Origin: Takakia lepidozioides
Taxonomy: Eukaryota > Plantae > Bryophyta
Length of the DNA stretch: 64,000 nt
Reading direction: 5' to 3'
Assembly (NCBI GenBank): GCA_030704615.1
Contig: CM060731.1
Span: 12,896,001 to 12,960,000 of the forward strand
This document shows positions 1-13,369 of this stretch, in pieces (the first letter of the stretch is position 1; every line of letters begins with the position of its first letter). The notes beneath the pieces are model-generated. The model was not told the origin of the DNA. It saw nothing but the letters and a program-made list of their open reading frames with translations, and ran no database searches. The translations under genes were made by a program, and so were the position numbers.

Positions 1-907
1 CAAGATCAACCACTTTGATGCGCTCCCGAATGGCTTTCGTCGCAGATGCCATATGTCCCGGATACCAGTTTATAGCAGCTTTCCCCGCTCTGCCTGCCAA
101 ACCCACCAGCCCCTTCCCCGCCATGCTATCAAGCACAAAACGGATCTCTGTGGCTCTCTCTTGAATCCTTCATAACCACTCTTCTCCGTCTACACCACGC
201 TTCTTTCCCTCCCTGATACCACCCCTAACTTAAATCTGCTCCCCCAGCATGTTTACTGTCAACGCTTGCCACAGACTCACCTCCCTCTCCACCACATTTC
301 TCTCTGAAACTCAAACTCCCCATCAATCCTCACTCCCACATAATCACTTCACCATCCCATTCGATCAGTACGAGTTCAGCCTTGTGGTGGGTTCTTTGTT
401 CTTTCCTTTGGTTTCTCGTGCAAAGACAAGGAGTTTAGGGTTTAGGGAATTTTTTCCTTTTGAGCTTTAGACTTCATTTCATGTGAATCTTGCGTTTAGA
501 ATTGCTCTAAGTTCTGATTAGGGCATAATCATAAGATTTAGCTGCTATCAATGGTTGAGATCCTTCGGTAATCTGATCGTCATTCTCCAACTGAGTTGAT
601 TTATTGGAGTTTGTTGTAACTTGTAACTGCCTGCATCATCTTCGTGCATTCTCCTTTTGCCTCTACAAATCTAGAGATCCACAGTCAAAATCGAGTAGCC
701 AGTGTGTGGGCATTGGGTTCTACTCTCATTAGAGTGTAGACGTGTGAACCCATATTCTGTAAGTCGATGATGTAGGTTTTTCCTGATGGTTCCATGCATG
801 TCTCGTTACTTACTGTGGAGTCTATTCTGCAAGTTTGTGTCAAGACTTGCATTCGTGTTATAAATGTTGTGGTGCATGTTGTCTGTGACCGCTGCAGTCA
901 GTGGAGG

Positions 908-1583
908 ATGGCAGCTGGCCCGGGGGACCATGGAAACGTTCAAGTGGTGAAGTCTAAGCAGGAATGGGAGGCCAAAGTGGAGGAAGCAGAGAGCCACGGC
1001 AAAATTGTTAGTACTAACACGTTGAGTTCTTTGCATGATAACACCAATGCAATGATACTTCGATCCTTGTAATATTCTGTGATGTTCTAGGCCCAGGTTG
1101 GTAGAGAGATGGTTATATTAATGGAAGAGCAAAGTGGAGGTGCTGACACTCGGAGTTGCCAATGTGGACAGGTTATAGTGGATTTTACAGCATCATGGTG
1201 CGGCCCGTGTAGACTTATGTCGCCAGTCTTCATAGATCTAAGCAAGAAGTATGTGCAGTTGGTGTTCCTAAAGGTTGATGTTGATGAAGTCCAGGTATTA
1301 CATATTCATGCCTCTTCCCTCACCATATTGTTCTTAGCATATTTTGTGCCAAGTTACAATCTATAACTTTGATATATGATCAATTGAAATCACGATTGTT
1401 TCTGCTCAAATTGTTTACAGTTTGGTGTTGGTGGTGTGGCAGGAGGTGACATCAGAATGGGAGATTCGCGCCATGCCTACCTTTTTGTTCATAAAGGATG
1501 GCAAGCAAATTGACAAGATTGTTGGAGCAAACAGGGACGAACTAGATAAAAAATGTCATCATTACGCTACAAATCAATCGTAG
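908..1583 (+). CDS. Thioredoxin h-type, 3 exons (908-1006, 1172-1294, 1443-1583)
   Basis: WCGPC active site in [13 protein letters not shown], plus FLKVDVDE and [21 protein letters not shown]. The GT..AG introns join the exons in frame, ending at TAG 1581-1583. Confidence 0.95.
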
Positions 1584-2859
1584 ATAGTGGGAGATGGGCA
1601 CGATAGTCACAGCGAATACACAGCTTTGAGAACCTCGAGTCGGCTCTTTCATTGCACACATAATCTGAGTCAACCAGCTCGGTTGTATATATGGCTGTTT
1701 CACTTAGCCTGAAAATGAAGCTGCGACATTTGTTGTTGGCACAGTTCTTTCTTTACATTTATAGTCAAGTCCATTTCATAATGATCAGTAAGTTATCTTC
1801 CACATGCTAGCATCTTTCATCAGTACCTCACTTCAAGTTCAGAATTACATGGACCTTCTGCATTGCAGAAAATCCGAGACATATTGTTGTGTTGCTCCTA
1901 TCATTCTCAATACTTTCATATACTTCCTAAGGCCATCCTAAATATTCTACTATGCACAATCCCCAAAAGATGAAGAGATTTGATTCCTTAAAATGGACAA
2001 CGCGCTGTTTTATGTTATTGGGCAAACTACAAAAACATGTCTATTGTCAACTTGTTGAGGATGATATAGCATCCAAAAAAATTAGGTTCTTCTGAGCAAG
2101 CACATAAATGTGATGTAAAGCAATGTGAAGACTGAAGCTGTCAAACTACAAAGGATCTAGAAGTTGTAAAAACCGGTGGTGAGTGGCTGTAGGAAGCCTT
2201 ACGGATGGCGCCTGGTGGTCGTCATGATCACCATCATCAGTTCAAGCTGCCCAGCTCTCTCATCACAGCCCGGGCCAGCCGTTCTGCCCCCGATCCTCCT
2301 CTCGTAGCATTGGGAAGGGGTACAGAAATGGTGCCATCTGCATGTAGAGGACGATGGCCACGTTTTGGACTACCCGTGTCCCCTCCTCCGAAGCCACCTT
2401 CCCTTGAACCCTGTGCCCCTGAGCTAGAGCCTCGAGGACCCTCACTCCCAACACTAGAAACCAAACTCCCGTCCACATCATAACGGATGCCTCTCCAATA
2501 TAATGCATGAAGATTTTTCAGAGCTTTGATTTGCTCTTGCTCCAAAAAGACATCTATATCTCTACCATCTGCATACTCTTCCGTGAGGAAGGCTTGGGAA
2601 TGATGAAACCCTGTAAGACTTTATTTACAACATGCACAATGGGTGAACGTGCATAGGATGAGAAGTTCCAAGAAAAAAGGGGGGGGGGAGGAACAAGAAA
2701 CAAGAGAAGAAAACAAAAAGCTACAGTAAGCTACTCAGCTAGAGAAGAAAACAAAAACTATAGTAAGCTACTCAACCAGCGACGAAAACAGAAGCTATAG
2801 TAAGTTACTCAAGCAGAGCGACCCTCCCAGCCAACAGCCTGGAGGAGATAGGCAAAGTG

Positions 2860-3420
2860 TCATTTGCGACGTCGGGCCGTCGCAGCCAAACCCCGCGGGT
2901 CGCCACCTGGCGCCGGGGCCAGGCGGCGACGCCTGGCAGTCGCACGGGCGGATAAAGGGCAGCAGGCAGCCCTTCCGTGCGACGCCCAAGCATCGCCCCA
3001 GCGAAGGGCAGAAGGCAGGCCTTTCTGGCGACGGCCGGTCGTCGCAAGCCGAAAAAAAAACAGCCATTTCTTGCCCTTTCTTTCATCACAACCCTTTCTT
3101 GCCCTTTCTCTCATCGCAGCCCTTTCTTGCGACGCCCGGCCGTCGCATGGTGGCATGAAGGGCAAAAGGCCCCTGCGACGGCCGGGCGTCGCAAACAGCC
3201 TGGCTGCCCTATTCTTTCAAAACAAAAGAACATGTCACATTTTGCGACAGCTGGCCGTCGCCGATTGCAACCCCCAGCCTCATAAATCCATTCTTTCAAA
3301 ACAAAAAAAAACAGGTCGCAGTTGGCGACGGTTCGCCGTTGCCGTTTGCGACCCCCGGCCTCATAAATCTAAAAAAACGCGTCGCAAGTTGCGACGCGTG
3401 GGGGTCGCAGGCAACGATTG
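2860..3420. repeat. Subterminal-type array of TGCGACG/CGTCGCA motifs, probably from a CACTA (En/Spm) element
   Basis: Many copies of GCGACG(G)CC and GTCGCA in both orientations within a GC-rich block close to a CACTA transposase fragment. Confidence 0.6.
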
Positions 3421-4009
3421 CAGGGCTTTCTAGGTCTAGGTTTAGGGCCTTTGGGGGTTCTTAGTTTTTTTTTTTTTTTCATATGAGACTGGGGTAAGAT
3501 GTTTGTTTTTCTTTATGGTTTAGCTTGTTGTTGTGGACCTTCTTGTAGATTGTGACATTCATTTTGATAATTCTCTTGATACCACATCTGTATGTGTTGC
3601 TCCAACATATTCATTTTCTCTGCCTTCTTTCTTGAAAGACTACCAGCCACAGCCATATTTGATCAATCATAGAAATATGCATGTACATGTACAATCAATC
3701 GAATGGATGGGTCCAGTTCGGACCAAGAATTGTTATGTAGCTTTGATTATGTGTCTAATCAACTTGAACATCATCATCCGGAGCTTTTTCATCCTCATCA
3801 AGCTGCAAGTCTTCTTGGTCATCGGAGTCATCGTCATAAATGGCCCGGCCCTCAAAAGGCACCTCCGAATCATGCTCCACCTCGTTGTCAATGGCCGTGT
3901 CTCCGTCTCCTTCTCCAACATCCGTATCTTCTGGAGCTTCATCATATAGGGTCCAGGATGCATTGTCCGGGGCGTCATCATTTGGGTCATCCCTCCGTAC
4001 GAAGTTCAG

Positions 4010-4362
4010 CGAAGAAGATGGGGTCCATGGTTTGAAGTCTCATGACTACCACAATCTATTGCAAGACATCTTGCCCATTGCAGTATGTGAGACATTGACT
4101 CCCGAGGTTCGTGAGACAATCTATAGATTGAGAGGCTTGTTCTGGTGGATTTGCTCCAAAGAGTTGGAAGAAGCGGATTTTCCAAGCATGAAGAAGGAGG
4201 CGGCGGAGATAATGTGTATGTTGGAGATATACCTTCCTCCCTCCTTCTTTGACATCCAAGTGCACTTGGTAGTGCACTTAGTGGAAGAGGCTTCGATTAC
4301 CGACCCAGTTCATTTTTGGTGGATGTACTTCCTTGAGCGTTATATGAAGACTTTGAAAAGGT
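4010..4362 (+). mobile_element. CACTA/En-Spm transposase fragment (DUF4218-like region)
   Basis: HGLKSHDYHNLLQDILPIAV...LEIYLPPSFFDIQVHLVVHLVEEA...WMYFLERYMKTLK matches the conserved C-terminal part of plant CACTA transposases. Confidence 0.9.
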
Positions 4363-4999
4363 CGCGCCAACAATACCTCTACCCCCAATCCCTGCAATAT
4401 ATCAACAAAACACTATCCCCAAGTACCCACTGGCCAATTCACATTACACTGACGGATCCCTCACCAAACCTAACGCAGGGTATGGAATCTATCACGCCGG
4501 CACCAGTGAAGGCATTGCCCTCAGGCTCCCTGGCCTTGCCACCATCCTCCGGGCTGAACTCATGGCCATTTATAACGCCCTCTCTCTACTCGACACCTCC
4601 CCCCCCCCCCACACTACATCTTCACCGACAGCCTTACCTCACTATTCCTCATTCGCAACCACATCTCCCCCTCTACCCATCATCATCACCATGACCGCAA
4701 CCTCATTGCCGAGGGGCTTCTTCATCCACACTTGCCATGTACTCCGTGCAATAGAACATAGCTTCTTGCAACGTATACCCCTCCGCCATGCTACCCTCCG
4801 GGTGCGCCATTTGTCTTGTTCCAAGCTTTGTTGGTTTTGATCTAGGACAATGTGGTGGGTGTATGGGTGTGGGAGAGGATGGTTGGATAATGGATGGTGG
4901 CCTTTATTTTATGAGTGATGGTGAGCAATTGTTCGAGCTGAGAAAAGAAAGATGGCGGTATGGCTGTATGCCGGGGGTTTTGGATGTGTAGAATCAGGG

Positions 5000-5830
5000 T
5001 TAGGGTGGGTTCCTTCCATTTGAGATATTTGGGAAGAGGAGGGGTGTGAATATACTTAAGCTGGTTTGGGTCAATTGTGGCGAGTAGATTGACCCCTTCT
5101 GGGAGTTGTAGAAGAGGGTGAGAGATATTAGGAGTGTTTTGTTGTGTGAGGATGAGGATTGTGGATGCAGCTTACCTTCACATATAGAATTAATTTGGGT
5201 TTTCCAGATATCCTCTACAAATACCTTCACACAAGCATCAATTTGTTGTGTGCGAGTTGCCCAAAAACTAGGCCTCAGAAGGACCTGGGCTTTTGGCTCA
5301 GCCTCGACTTTTTCAAAGTTAGTAAATAGAGGTACATGCACAATTCCCTTGATAGATTTGAAGAGAGCATCTCTTTGGTGAGAGAACCCCGAACAGTGTA
5401 TCAGGAAATGAGTATTGTCTTCAGATTGCCCACACAACGGGCAATTGCACTCTCCCTTTCCTCTCTGCTTCTGTTTGCTGTTCAAAGGTAGGCTTCCCGC
5501 CCTGAGTTTAAATTCAGTCTAGTGCCGAGAGTGGGTAGACCCTTGAGGTCATCCAAGTTGTCCTCCCCCATGTCACTGACTGGAAACAAGTTCAGGGAAG
5601 TTTTCTGCCTAACTTCATTTTCATCAGACAATCTCATGGCAACAAACATGGTTGGACACTACAGCCTCTAAGTCAGATTTATCCAGCAAGATGAAGACTT
5701 GCGGTTCCAGGTCCAGGTCCTTGAGAATCTCTTCTACTGTCTTCTACCAGGACTTAGTCTGTTTGACAGGTCGGTGGGCGGTCATGTTTCCAAGATATAG
5801 AGTCGATTAACTTAGGATATCTTGTGTTGG
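5000..5830 (-). mobile_element. Non-LTR retrotransposon (LINE) ORF2 C-terminal remnant
   Basis: CPLCGQSEDNTHFLIHC is a CCHC zinc motif typical of LINE ORF2 ends; the surrounding frame is degenerate. Confidence 0.7.
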
Positions 5831-6109
5831 ACATATGCTGCAGCTGACCCCACCATCTGACCTTAAACTCATCTCATTGGGAGCTTAAAAGAGAGAGACA
5901 GAGAGGGACAGAGAGAGGGAGTGAGATGGAGAGATCGGGAAACCAAAAAAAATAAAAAATAAAAATAAAAATGGAGTGACTGAGCAGCTGCAGCTGCTCG
6001 GTCAACCCCCCCCCCCCCCCCCCCAAGATTTTCTTTTTTTTTGTTGCCCCCCTCTCTCCCTCTGTCTCCCTCTCTACTGGGAATTGGCAGTTTGTTATCA
6101 GTGTTGACT

Positions 6110-7490
6110 TCTTGTTTTTCATCCTCTATCGGCTTTTTCATCCATACCGTATGAGCCACCAGGATGGACATTAAATTATCTCTAGGATGGTTCTTTTGGT
6201 TTTTTCATTCCTCCTTTCACTACAACAAATCGCGGTAGTTATGACTGCCAAACCGTGGTAGTCATGGTTTTCTTGACTTTGACCATGACTGCACCATGTT
6301 TTTATATGAAATTGACCTCCTGTAGTCGTTCATACGACTGTAGTCATATGAACGACTATCTAAGTAGTCGTCTATATGACTACATGGCTCCGGAATGGGC
6401 GGAAGGCTGGTCAACGGTAATTGACCAGATTTAGTTCGCCCTTCATAGTCATTTCCATGACTACAGTGTACATGGATGAGGTTACATAGTCATGATGACT
6501 ACTAGGGATTTTGTAATTTGGTGTGTATAATACAATTAAAACACCATATGATCACATGAATGATTAATAGTGTATTGGTTAGCAGGTAGTGAACTATAAT
6601 TCTTACAGTAAAGAGGTTGCAAGTTCAAACTCCTCTAAGTACAATCAAATGGATAAGATGACCATAGGGTTAGTAGGCGAGCTAGGGATAGCACGTGGTA
6701 CCCTAGATGGGCTGCCACGTGGTTTTTTCATTATTATAAAATGCATTATGCCACGTGGCACAATGCGGTACGACGCGGCGTCTGATATATATTTTTAATT
6801 TTATTTATTTATTTTAATCACTTGCGCCTCGCCACGTGGCGCGGCAACGGCAACTGCAGTATGGTATATATGACTGCAGTGAGAGATATCACTTGGTTCA
6901 TTTGACTGTAGTCATCCGGACCATACCATCTTGTACTCATTGTATTCACTTGGTTTACACGACTTACAGTCATAGAAGTCATATGTACCGTTTATGACTG
7001 CAGAATAGTCATATATACAGTCATAAATACTGCGATCTGTTGTAGTGTTTATTGACTCTCATCCATTTCGGATGAATCACTATGGAAGAAAAAAAATTAC
7101 CTCTATGGAGGTTGCCAACAACATCCTGTTTTTCATCCATACCGGTTGAAAAACTACCAGGATAATAATTTTTTTCATTCCTCTTTTATTGACTCTTTTT
7201 ATCCATACCGGATGGTCTGGTGAGGAATGATAAAATTACCTAGATGGAGGTAAGACGCTGCCACAGATGATATTCCCTACTTTTTCATCCTGACATAAGT
7301 GATCTGTTTATGGATGACGTGATTATGGCCTGGAATTGATCTTTACTTCCCCTAATTATGATTAATTACGGTGGAAACCTAACTCCTACCCCAAAACCTA
7401 TTTTTAACCTTGTTGTGGATGAAATCCGTCAGGGTATAAAGATGCGTTCTATTGTTTTTCATCCACGGATGAATAATCAGGGGACAAAAA
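6110..7490. repeat. Older repeat with recurrent TTTTTCATCC/GGATGA motifs, interrupted by the CACTA insertion
   Basis: The motif recurs on both sides of 6218-7047. The rebuilt empty site TTTTTCATTCCTCCTTTATTGACTC matches an uninterrupted copy near 7171. Confidence 0.6.
6218..7047. mobile_element. Complete non-autonomous CACTA element (830 bp)
   Basis: Starts CACTACAACAAATCGCGGTAGTTATGACTG; the reverse complement of the end is CACTACAACAGATCGCAGTATTTATGACTG. 3-bp TSD TTT at 6215-6217 and 7048-7050. Internal ATGACT/AGTCAT subterminal repeats. Confidence 0.95.
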
Positions 7491-9565
7491 ACCCTATGTC
7501 GTCTCTCCCGCTGTCAGAAGCACGCGATGTGCTTCTGAGCTCGCGGGGAGAGTGTTATGGCGGACGTGCTTCGGTGGCTGTCCCGTTTGTGGTGTCGTAC
7601 CCATGCTGGACGAGCGCCTGGGGAGGCGCGAAGGCAGCGCCTTATCTCTCTTGCAGCGGGAAACGCCGCTATGAATGCAGTGGCATCTTCCCTCCTCTGG
7701 CTTTTTATGTTTAGCAAGGGCACTTATGATGGGAAGTATCTCTCCCTCTTTTCTAGTGCCTTGCGATTGTGCCTGCTTTGCTGCATTGCTTATGTGCTTT
7801 GTGGAGGCGGCTTGCTGCGGGTGGTGATGGCGCATAACCCTCTTCCCCAATTGCTTAAGGTGCCTTTGGAGTTTAGGGATTCTCATGTTCTTATCTTCTT
7901 CTCTTGCTTTTGAGTCTCTTAGTTGACATCGATGACAAGTGTGAGGGTCTGTGATTCACCTAGGGTTCCACAATCCTCACTAATCTGTTGATTTTGTGGG
8001 GGCTTGTGATGGGACCAGGTGAGGATCCTCACCTACTTTGAAGTTTCTTGAGCATGCAGATTGGGATATGGGCTGAGGAGACCTGTGGGTTTTTGCGCTG
8101 TGAGGTGGTTGCTGCCTGCAGCCCCGATTTCAACCCGACCGCCCCTGGTTTGGCATGCTATAGCCTGTGTTTTTGGCCTTTGTCGTTCTGCCGTCGATGC
8201 GCAGCTCGGCCTGACTGGCCTGTTTCCTGAGGCTTGCATACAAACCATACCCTACCTTTTGAACTTTGACAGCAGGGCCTGTGGATTATTGAGCTAGGTT
8301 GTAAGTTCTTTAGGCCAAAGAGGATCTGGTTTCTGGTGGTATGTTTTTGGCAGTTTTGGGTCTCTATGGTCATGGTGGCCTTGAAGGTTACGACGGCAGC
8401 CTGATAAGACACCGACCTGCTCCTTTTCGGGCCTGTTGGTCATTATCAATTAAAGACATAAAGAGCCCATGACAGGGCACCATCTAGCACTTCCAGTCTT
8501 GTTATAGCATACCAAGTGACGACACCCATTCAGTCATGATAAAACAGGGTGGGAGGGCGGGGTACATTCATAATCAGATTCCTGTCATGTACCCAAGTGA
8601 CCCTCTTGCACAATATAAGTCAGATTGCAGCCTCAGATTATATCATCCATAGTTATCCATAAGATATGCATCAAGCAAGATATCATGGGCATATAAGAAC
8701 TTCTTGCCACATTGCAGATCCAAGATATGTATACACATGTACCTTGAAGTGATCCAAGACAAGCATTATATGCAAGGTAGGTAAGAACAACCTGCCCTAC
8801 AACAAATTCAGGGAATGTACACACAGGCAACTAGAAGGACCAGCCTGCAATTAATTACACTTCGGGCATGCAACCAAGTAGACTTCTTGGGCATGGCAAA
8901 CCATATTGCATCTTCACATTTGGCCAAATGCAAGTACCCCAAGACATGCATCGTGCAAGGCCTTCTGGGTAGGTAAGAACAGCCTGTCATTGTACAAATT
9001 CAAGACCTATGTACACAGGAATCTTGCTGGACCAACCTGCAATTAATCAGACTCCAAACATGCAACCAAGTCACCACTTTGGGCATTACAAGACTGACTG
9101 CGACTTCATTCTACACCATGTACAGTTGCCCCAAGATATGCATCATGTAAGACATTTTGGTATGGAAGAAATGTCTGCCTTGTCACAGCATCCAGATATG
9201 GACACACATCCATTTTTAGTGCCCAAGATCAAGCCCACTTGGCCAAAATGTTCCTCTGGTACTCTTCGTCGTTCAAAGGGGCCAGCATCTCCGCATGGTT
9301 GTTCATATACTTCATATGCTGCTCTTGAAATGTCGTGTGCTCTGGAGGGCAGTCGAGGTACCATCCACAGTCCTTGAAGTGGGCAGGACTCCAGTCCCTC
9401 AAGATACCAGCTGTGTACATGGTGGGATCGTTGGCAGGGTCGGACCACATGTCCAGGTAATCTGGGATTCCACTCAGGTGTTTTCCTTCCATCAACACAT
9501 ATTTAGTGTACCTGCGGAGGCTCAAACAAACACCATCCCCCAAAACAAGATATCAAAAAGCAGCA

Positions 9566-9825
9566 GAAAGTGATGATCGATGGCGATCATCACTTTCACA
9601 TGAGAGAGAATGCAACATAGGTTGGCAAATCCTTATGATTATTTAGACTTCACAACTGGGAAATGTGATGGTCGGCACCGACCATCACTTCATTCATCAT
9701 AAACAAAATACCTATGACAACAGAGGAAGGATTAAGAATGGAAACATGGACATGATCTGCAGTATCCATTTGTTTGACTGGAGAATATGAGAGCAGTGGA
9801 AGTGATGATCAGTATCGACCATCAC
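9566..9825. repeat. Cluster 1 of 24-bp palindromes (3 copies)
   Basis: GAAAGTGATGATCG-ATGG-CGATCATCACTTTC at 9566, GTGATGGTCGG-CA-CCGACCATCAC at 9665, degenerate copy at 9802. Confidence 0.9.
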
Positions 9826-11652
9826 CAAACTGTTGTGTAGCAGAAAAGAAATGTTAAGCTTTTCTCAATGAGACATGACAAAATTTCAAAGAATGTGATG
9901 GATAGGCTTGAGGTACTGCACCTGTACACAACACGCATCATCGCCCACTCCCCTCCAACTTGACTGTCGAAATCGTTTGACCTCAATATGTTGCCATCCT
10001 TGGAAACTCGCGGAAGAAACAGTACCGCCACGTGAGACCTTTCCACTTTCTAATGTACGCCTCCAAGGTCATCTGTGGTGGTGAGACCATCGAAATATTC
10101 CAAGTCCTTCAAATTCTGCTCCAGGACAAGAATGGCGCATTTCTCCAGCTGCAATGGGAACATGTATCAGAATTGCACATGACAAAGCTATAGGATAATT
10201 CATATACAACAGGCGCTTGAATCCACAAATACCTGACTCCAAAATGTGGCCTTGTGAAGCCACTGATAAAAAACAATGTCACTTATTCCCTCGACTTTTG
10301 TGCCAGGCTGGATTGTGCTTTTTGGGAACTGATTCAGATCCTTCACCGTCTGATCCGAGTTCCAAATCTCAAGCTATCTAACTTTTTTCTGGGGGTCGAC
10401 CATAGAGAGAGCCAACCTGTGCAATTTCTCATGTTGCATCTCTGGATGTACATGCTTGTCGTAGTGGGATTTGATTTGGAGAAGGAACTCCTCCCCAAGT
10501 CCGGGATCCACTATTCTCAATTGCTTCAGGAAGGCTGACATCAGCTTCGTCCTCCTTATCTCGTACTCCTTCTTTATGGCTGCTCCAACACCTTTGGCAG
10601 TCCTCAGCTCTTCTGCTGTAGTGCGGTAGTACTCAGATTTCCCCCTCTCGGCGGCCTCTGCCAGTTCTTGCTACATGTAACAATGATTGGATTAGAACAC
10701 ATACGATTGCAAATCCGTATTGAAGAAGATAGGAAGAAGTGGGTTGGGCCATACCGCATACATGTACTCCAGAAATGCATCTCGGGTCAACGAGTACCAG
10801 GTCCCTGCAGCTCTTCCTGTTTCGCACTTCTTGATTACATCAGGATGTAGCACTGTGCGGAACTCATCAAGGTTCATCAAACCAATTCTCTGAATATGGA
10901 ATAGTGTGTGGACCAAGCTCGTAGTAACATGCGATTTCTCTGCCGATCTGCAAACAAGGAATACACATTGCATAGGTAAGAAATATTTAACGATTGGACT
11001 TCAATTGCGCACAACATGCAATTTGAAAGGCAATGGGGTTTTTAGGATGTCCTGTTTGTTCACGTCATGCATAGTTGTCAAAAGTCTCGCGATGTCGTTC
11101 GCAAGATCCAGAACCATTGCCACCACAGCACAATGCTTGTCATTGTCTTTTGAATGGTGTTTCACAATGTACCCCATCCAAGCTAGCAGGCGATGGTTCC
11201 CGTCTCAGACATAGAACATGTGGTTGCAGAACTGTTGGGTGTTATGTCCAAGTAGCAGAGAGTCCTCGAACTCGTCATTCACATCCTTCCAGCAATCATC
11301 CCAGTTGTCCGTAATCTTTGGGCTCACTTTTGTGTTGTGACCATTTGTATCCTTCAGTGAGACGTAAAAAACTTGTGCACCCATTCTAGACGTCCTCCAG
11401 AGACGATCATGTCCCTAATAACCTCCTGGGAATTTACCTTTTGATATGACATAAGTTCTTTCACCTTGTCAAGGTAGTGCAATTCAGGCTCGTCTGTGTC
11501 TTCGCTGTTCTCAGAACTCTTCGTGGAGTCGTCCCCTTCTCCAGAGCCCTTTGCATCTGTTTCTGCCTGCTTAGACTTTACATTTTTCTGCATACCCAAA
11601 ACCCACAAGAACAACATTCAACTGGTGTTTTGGAAACAGACATTTTAAAACA

Positions 11653-12431
11653 GTGACGATCAGTACCGACCATCACTTTGTCTTCTAACAAATGAATGGA
11701 AATTCTAGTTGGTTTCCCAATGCACCTTGACTCAGTTCTCACTAGACTGCGATGATCCGTGCCGACCATCAGGATGATGCAAGCGATGATCGGTACCAAA
11801 CATCACCACAAGACAACACTGGGATGCACACAACCACGAGGTATGAATGTGATGGTCGGCACCGATCATCACTATTAGTCAGAATCCTTTCTTTCACTCA
11901 CTGAACTTGGTCTCCTCTTTTGGATTCTGGTGCATTGTCAATCCGTTCAAAAAGTGATGATCGGTACCGATCATCACAATCAGACTGGCTTGGGAAGCAC
12001 AACCCATGAGGTCTGAATGTGATGGTCGGCACCGATCATCACTTTCTAGCAAAATTTGGCCTTTCATTATATGAGATTTAGAGGAAAGAAATGGACTTGG
12101 AGGCGATGATCGCCACCGACCATCGCTTCTATGTTACTGCAATTCCAGATCTAAAGTGGGATGGACAGGGAATGGATCAGAAGGGAATGGACCGTAACGA
12201 TCATCGCTACTACGTCAGTGCAAGATGCGTCTGTAGGTCCCTGGCACTCTTGCATCACAATGAAATAGGCATTCTATGCTTAAATAAAGCAATGGCGAAG
12301 GTGATGGTCGGCACCGATCATCACTTTCGCCTTGAAACGTATACTTTCCTGCCTGCCTGCCTTCCTGAATCTGCTGAACTACAACACCAACTACATTCTT
12401 CTGTAAAGCGATGATCGCCACCGATCATTGC
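11653..12431. repeat. Cluster 2 of 24-bp palindromes, consensus GYGATGRTCGGYACCGAYCATCRC (10 copies)
   Basis: Copies at about 11653, 11749, 11783, 11849, 11954, 12019, 12103, 12184 (degenerate), 12301 and 12408. Confidence 0.9.
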
Positions 12432-13369
12432 TTTTCTCACATCTGGGGACCATCAGTAAGGAGGGAGAAGTGCATTTGAGACAACTTACGGATCCCTTCG
12501 CCTTCTTCGGCTTCGTGGCTGCATCGCTCGGATCGCCCTCTTCAGCTTTCCTCTTCCCTTTTTCATCGGTTTGAACACAACATAAACCACGTTATTGAAT
12601 TCAGCTTGGAAGGGAGAACACCAAGACTAATGAAAACAGTACTATGCGGATATGGAGTGCTGACCATTTCTGTCTGATGTAGGGTTTGCAGACTTCCTCC
12701 CTGTATGGCGTCCATTGCTCCTCCCCCTGTTCTCTTGTCTTCGGGCATGAACTCGGCTGGCACTGTCTGGTTACCTACGCTCACTGCTCCAGCCATCGCT
12801 ACGACTGCGACAACCTCACTCTCACTTCCTACATGCTCTTCTGGTTGACCTATCTCCAAGTTCAAATGCTGCCTAAGCGCTGCAGGGATGCTATTCTGTG
12901 AGCAGATCCCGCGAGCAGAAAAATCTGTGAGCAGACATCTGCTCACGCTTCAGGATCTGCCCACCTATAACCGCGGGCACCTACTCGACTTAGAAGACCT
13001 ATTACTGTGCATAGTGGCCAGTATTACAAGCTCGGTTATGGATGCTGCTGGGATGAATGAGGGATAAATGGCGGATGAATGAGACATGGATGAATGAAAT
13101 AAATGAAATAATACAAAGTTGTTTTGTAGTAGTAGCTCCCAAATCCCCCGAGCTTCGAAATCCCTTAAACCATGCTAGTCTTGCTTGCAAATCAATTGTG
13201 AAAGTGCACTGTATATTGCCAACAATGAATCCACATTGCTTTGTGCATTGAGGAGGGGTTACTTGTCATTTTTCCAGGTATCCAAGGTTGAGAGAAATGC
13301 TCACACCCAAATCTAAATAAAGCAGAGAGGTGAACTCGTGCTTTATAAATAAACATTTCAAAACACGTA

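Larger units (their letters stand above)
9230..12795 (-). pseudogene. Decayed multi-exon gene with a ParB/sulfiredoxin-like motif, probably transposon-borne
   Basis: Minus frame at ~11385-11060 reads MGAQVFYVSL...WDDCWKDVNDEFE...MFYV*DGNHRLLAWMGYI. Plausible splice sites at ~12489 (donor GTAAGT), ~11589 and ~9511 (acceptors). Contains stops and frameshifts. Confidence 0.55.

Noticed and set aside
2795-3433. Overlapping Arg/Ala-rich ORFs
   Set aside because: By-products of GC-rich TGCGACG subterminal repeats
7358-8430. Cluster of short ORFs on both strands
   Set aside because: No recognisable motif; probably degraded repeat sequence
8770-9075. Degenerate ~190-bp tandem duplication as a functional array
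   Set aside because: Only two diverged copies, which is an ordinary local duplication
11653-12431. CRISPR array
   Set aside because: Spacer lengths are irregular (10 to ~95 bp), two spacers are related to each other, the repeats are degenerate, there are no cas genes, and the context is a eukaryotic intron
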